This document shows positions 63,899-64,000 of a stretch of 64,000 nt of DNA, in pieces (the stretch's first letter is position 1; every line of letters begins with the position of its first letter). Source of the stretch: an uncultured Chloroflexia bacterium (GTDB lineage: Bacteria; Chloroflexota; Anaerolineae; B4-G1; SLSP01). The position numbers were made by a program, and so were the translations under genes. Below the pieces are notes generated by a model. The model searched no databases. It saw only the letters and a program-made list of their open reading frames with translations, and was not told the DNA's origin. The DNA is taken from positions 65,693 through 129,692 of the forward strand of contig CAVVUS010000021.1 in the NCBI GenBank assembly GCA_963751345.1, in the 5' to 3' direction.

Positions 63899-64000
63899 AT
63901 GGAAGAGGCGACGTTGGATACTGCTCGCAAGGCCTTGGCCGTCTCGGTCGAGATCGCACATCTCGCGATCTCGACCTTGCCGATGGACCTGCTACTGCGA
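63899..64000 (+). CDS. Possible 5' end of a downstream gene (truncated by the window)
   Basis: TTGACG-17-TATGGT promoter-like sequence directly followed by an ATG open to the window end. Confidence 0.3.
   Translation, partial: MEEATLDTARKALAVSVEIAHLAISTLPMDLLLR

Overview
GC-rich bacterial chromosome segment, most likely Chloroflexota (Anaerolineae-like). That assignment is inferred from BTAD-ATPase-TPR regulators, a C-terminal LYLPIV tail on a large secreted protease, two UroD-family paralogues and the intergenic repeat style. About 20 otherwise intact genes are broken by single-base frameshifts, which looks like long-read consensus error rather than pseudogenisation. Main contents: (1) a minus-strand catabolic run of GH27, GH151-like hydrolase, UroD-family proteins, an uncharacterised glycyl-radical enzyme, DegT aminotransferase and amidohydrolases; (2) a large S8 protease, uxuA, an MntA-HepT toxin-antitoxin pair, malic enzyme and GH39; (3) a Thermotoga-type inositol operon (LacI, iolG, iolM, iolN, iolO) preceded by a HAD hydrolase and a GDPD; (4) two tandem copies of a cassette in which a BTAD/SARP-STAND regulator is divergent from a small conserved protein followed by a variable secreted hydrolase, with an identical promoter layout (TGA boxes at 11-bp period next to an extended -10); (5) PflX-like radical SAM, sulfatase, PHP-like hydrolase, SF2 helicase, GPH transporter, a Ser/Thr kinase fused to a solute-binding domain, and PatB. 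No rRNA, tRNA, CRISPR array or transposase was seen. The best candidates for undescribed biology are the duplicated STAND/small-protein/cargo cassette, the GRE-UroD-DegT operon and several small ORFs with their own expression signals.
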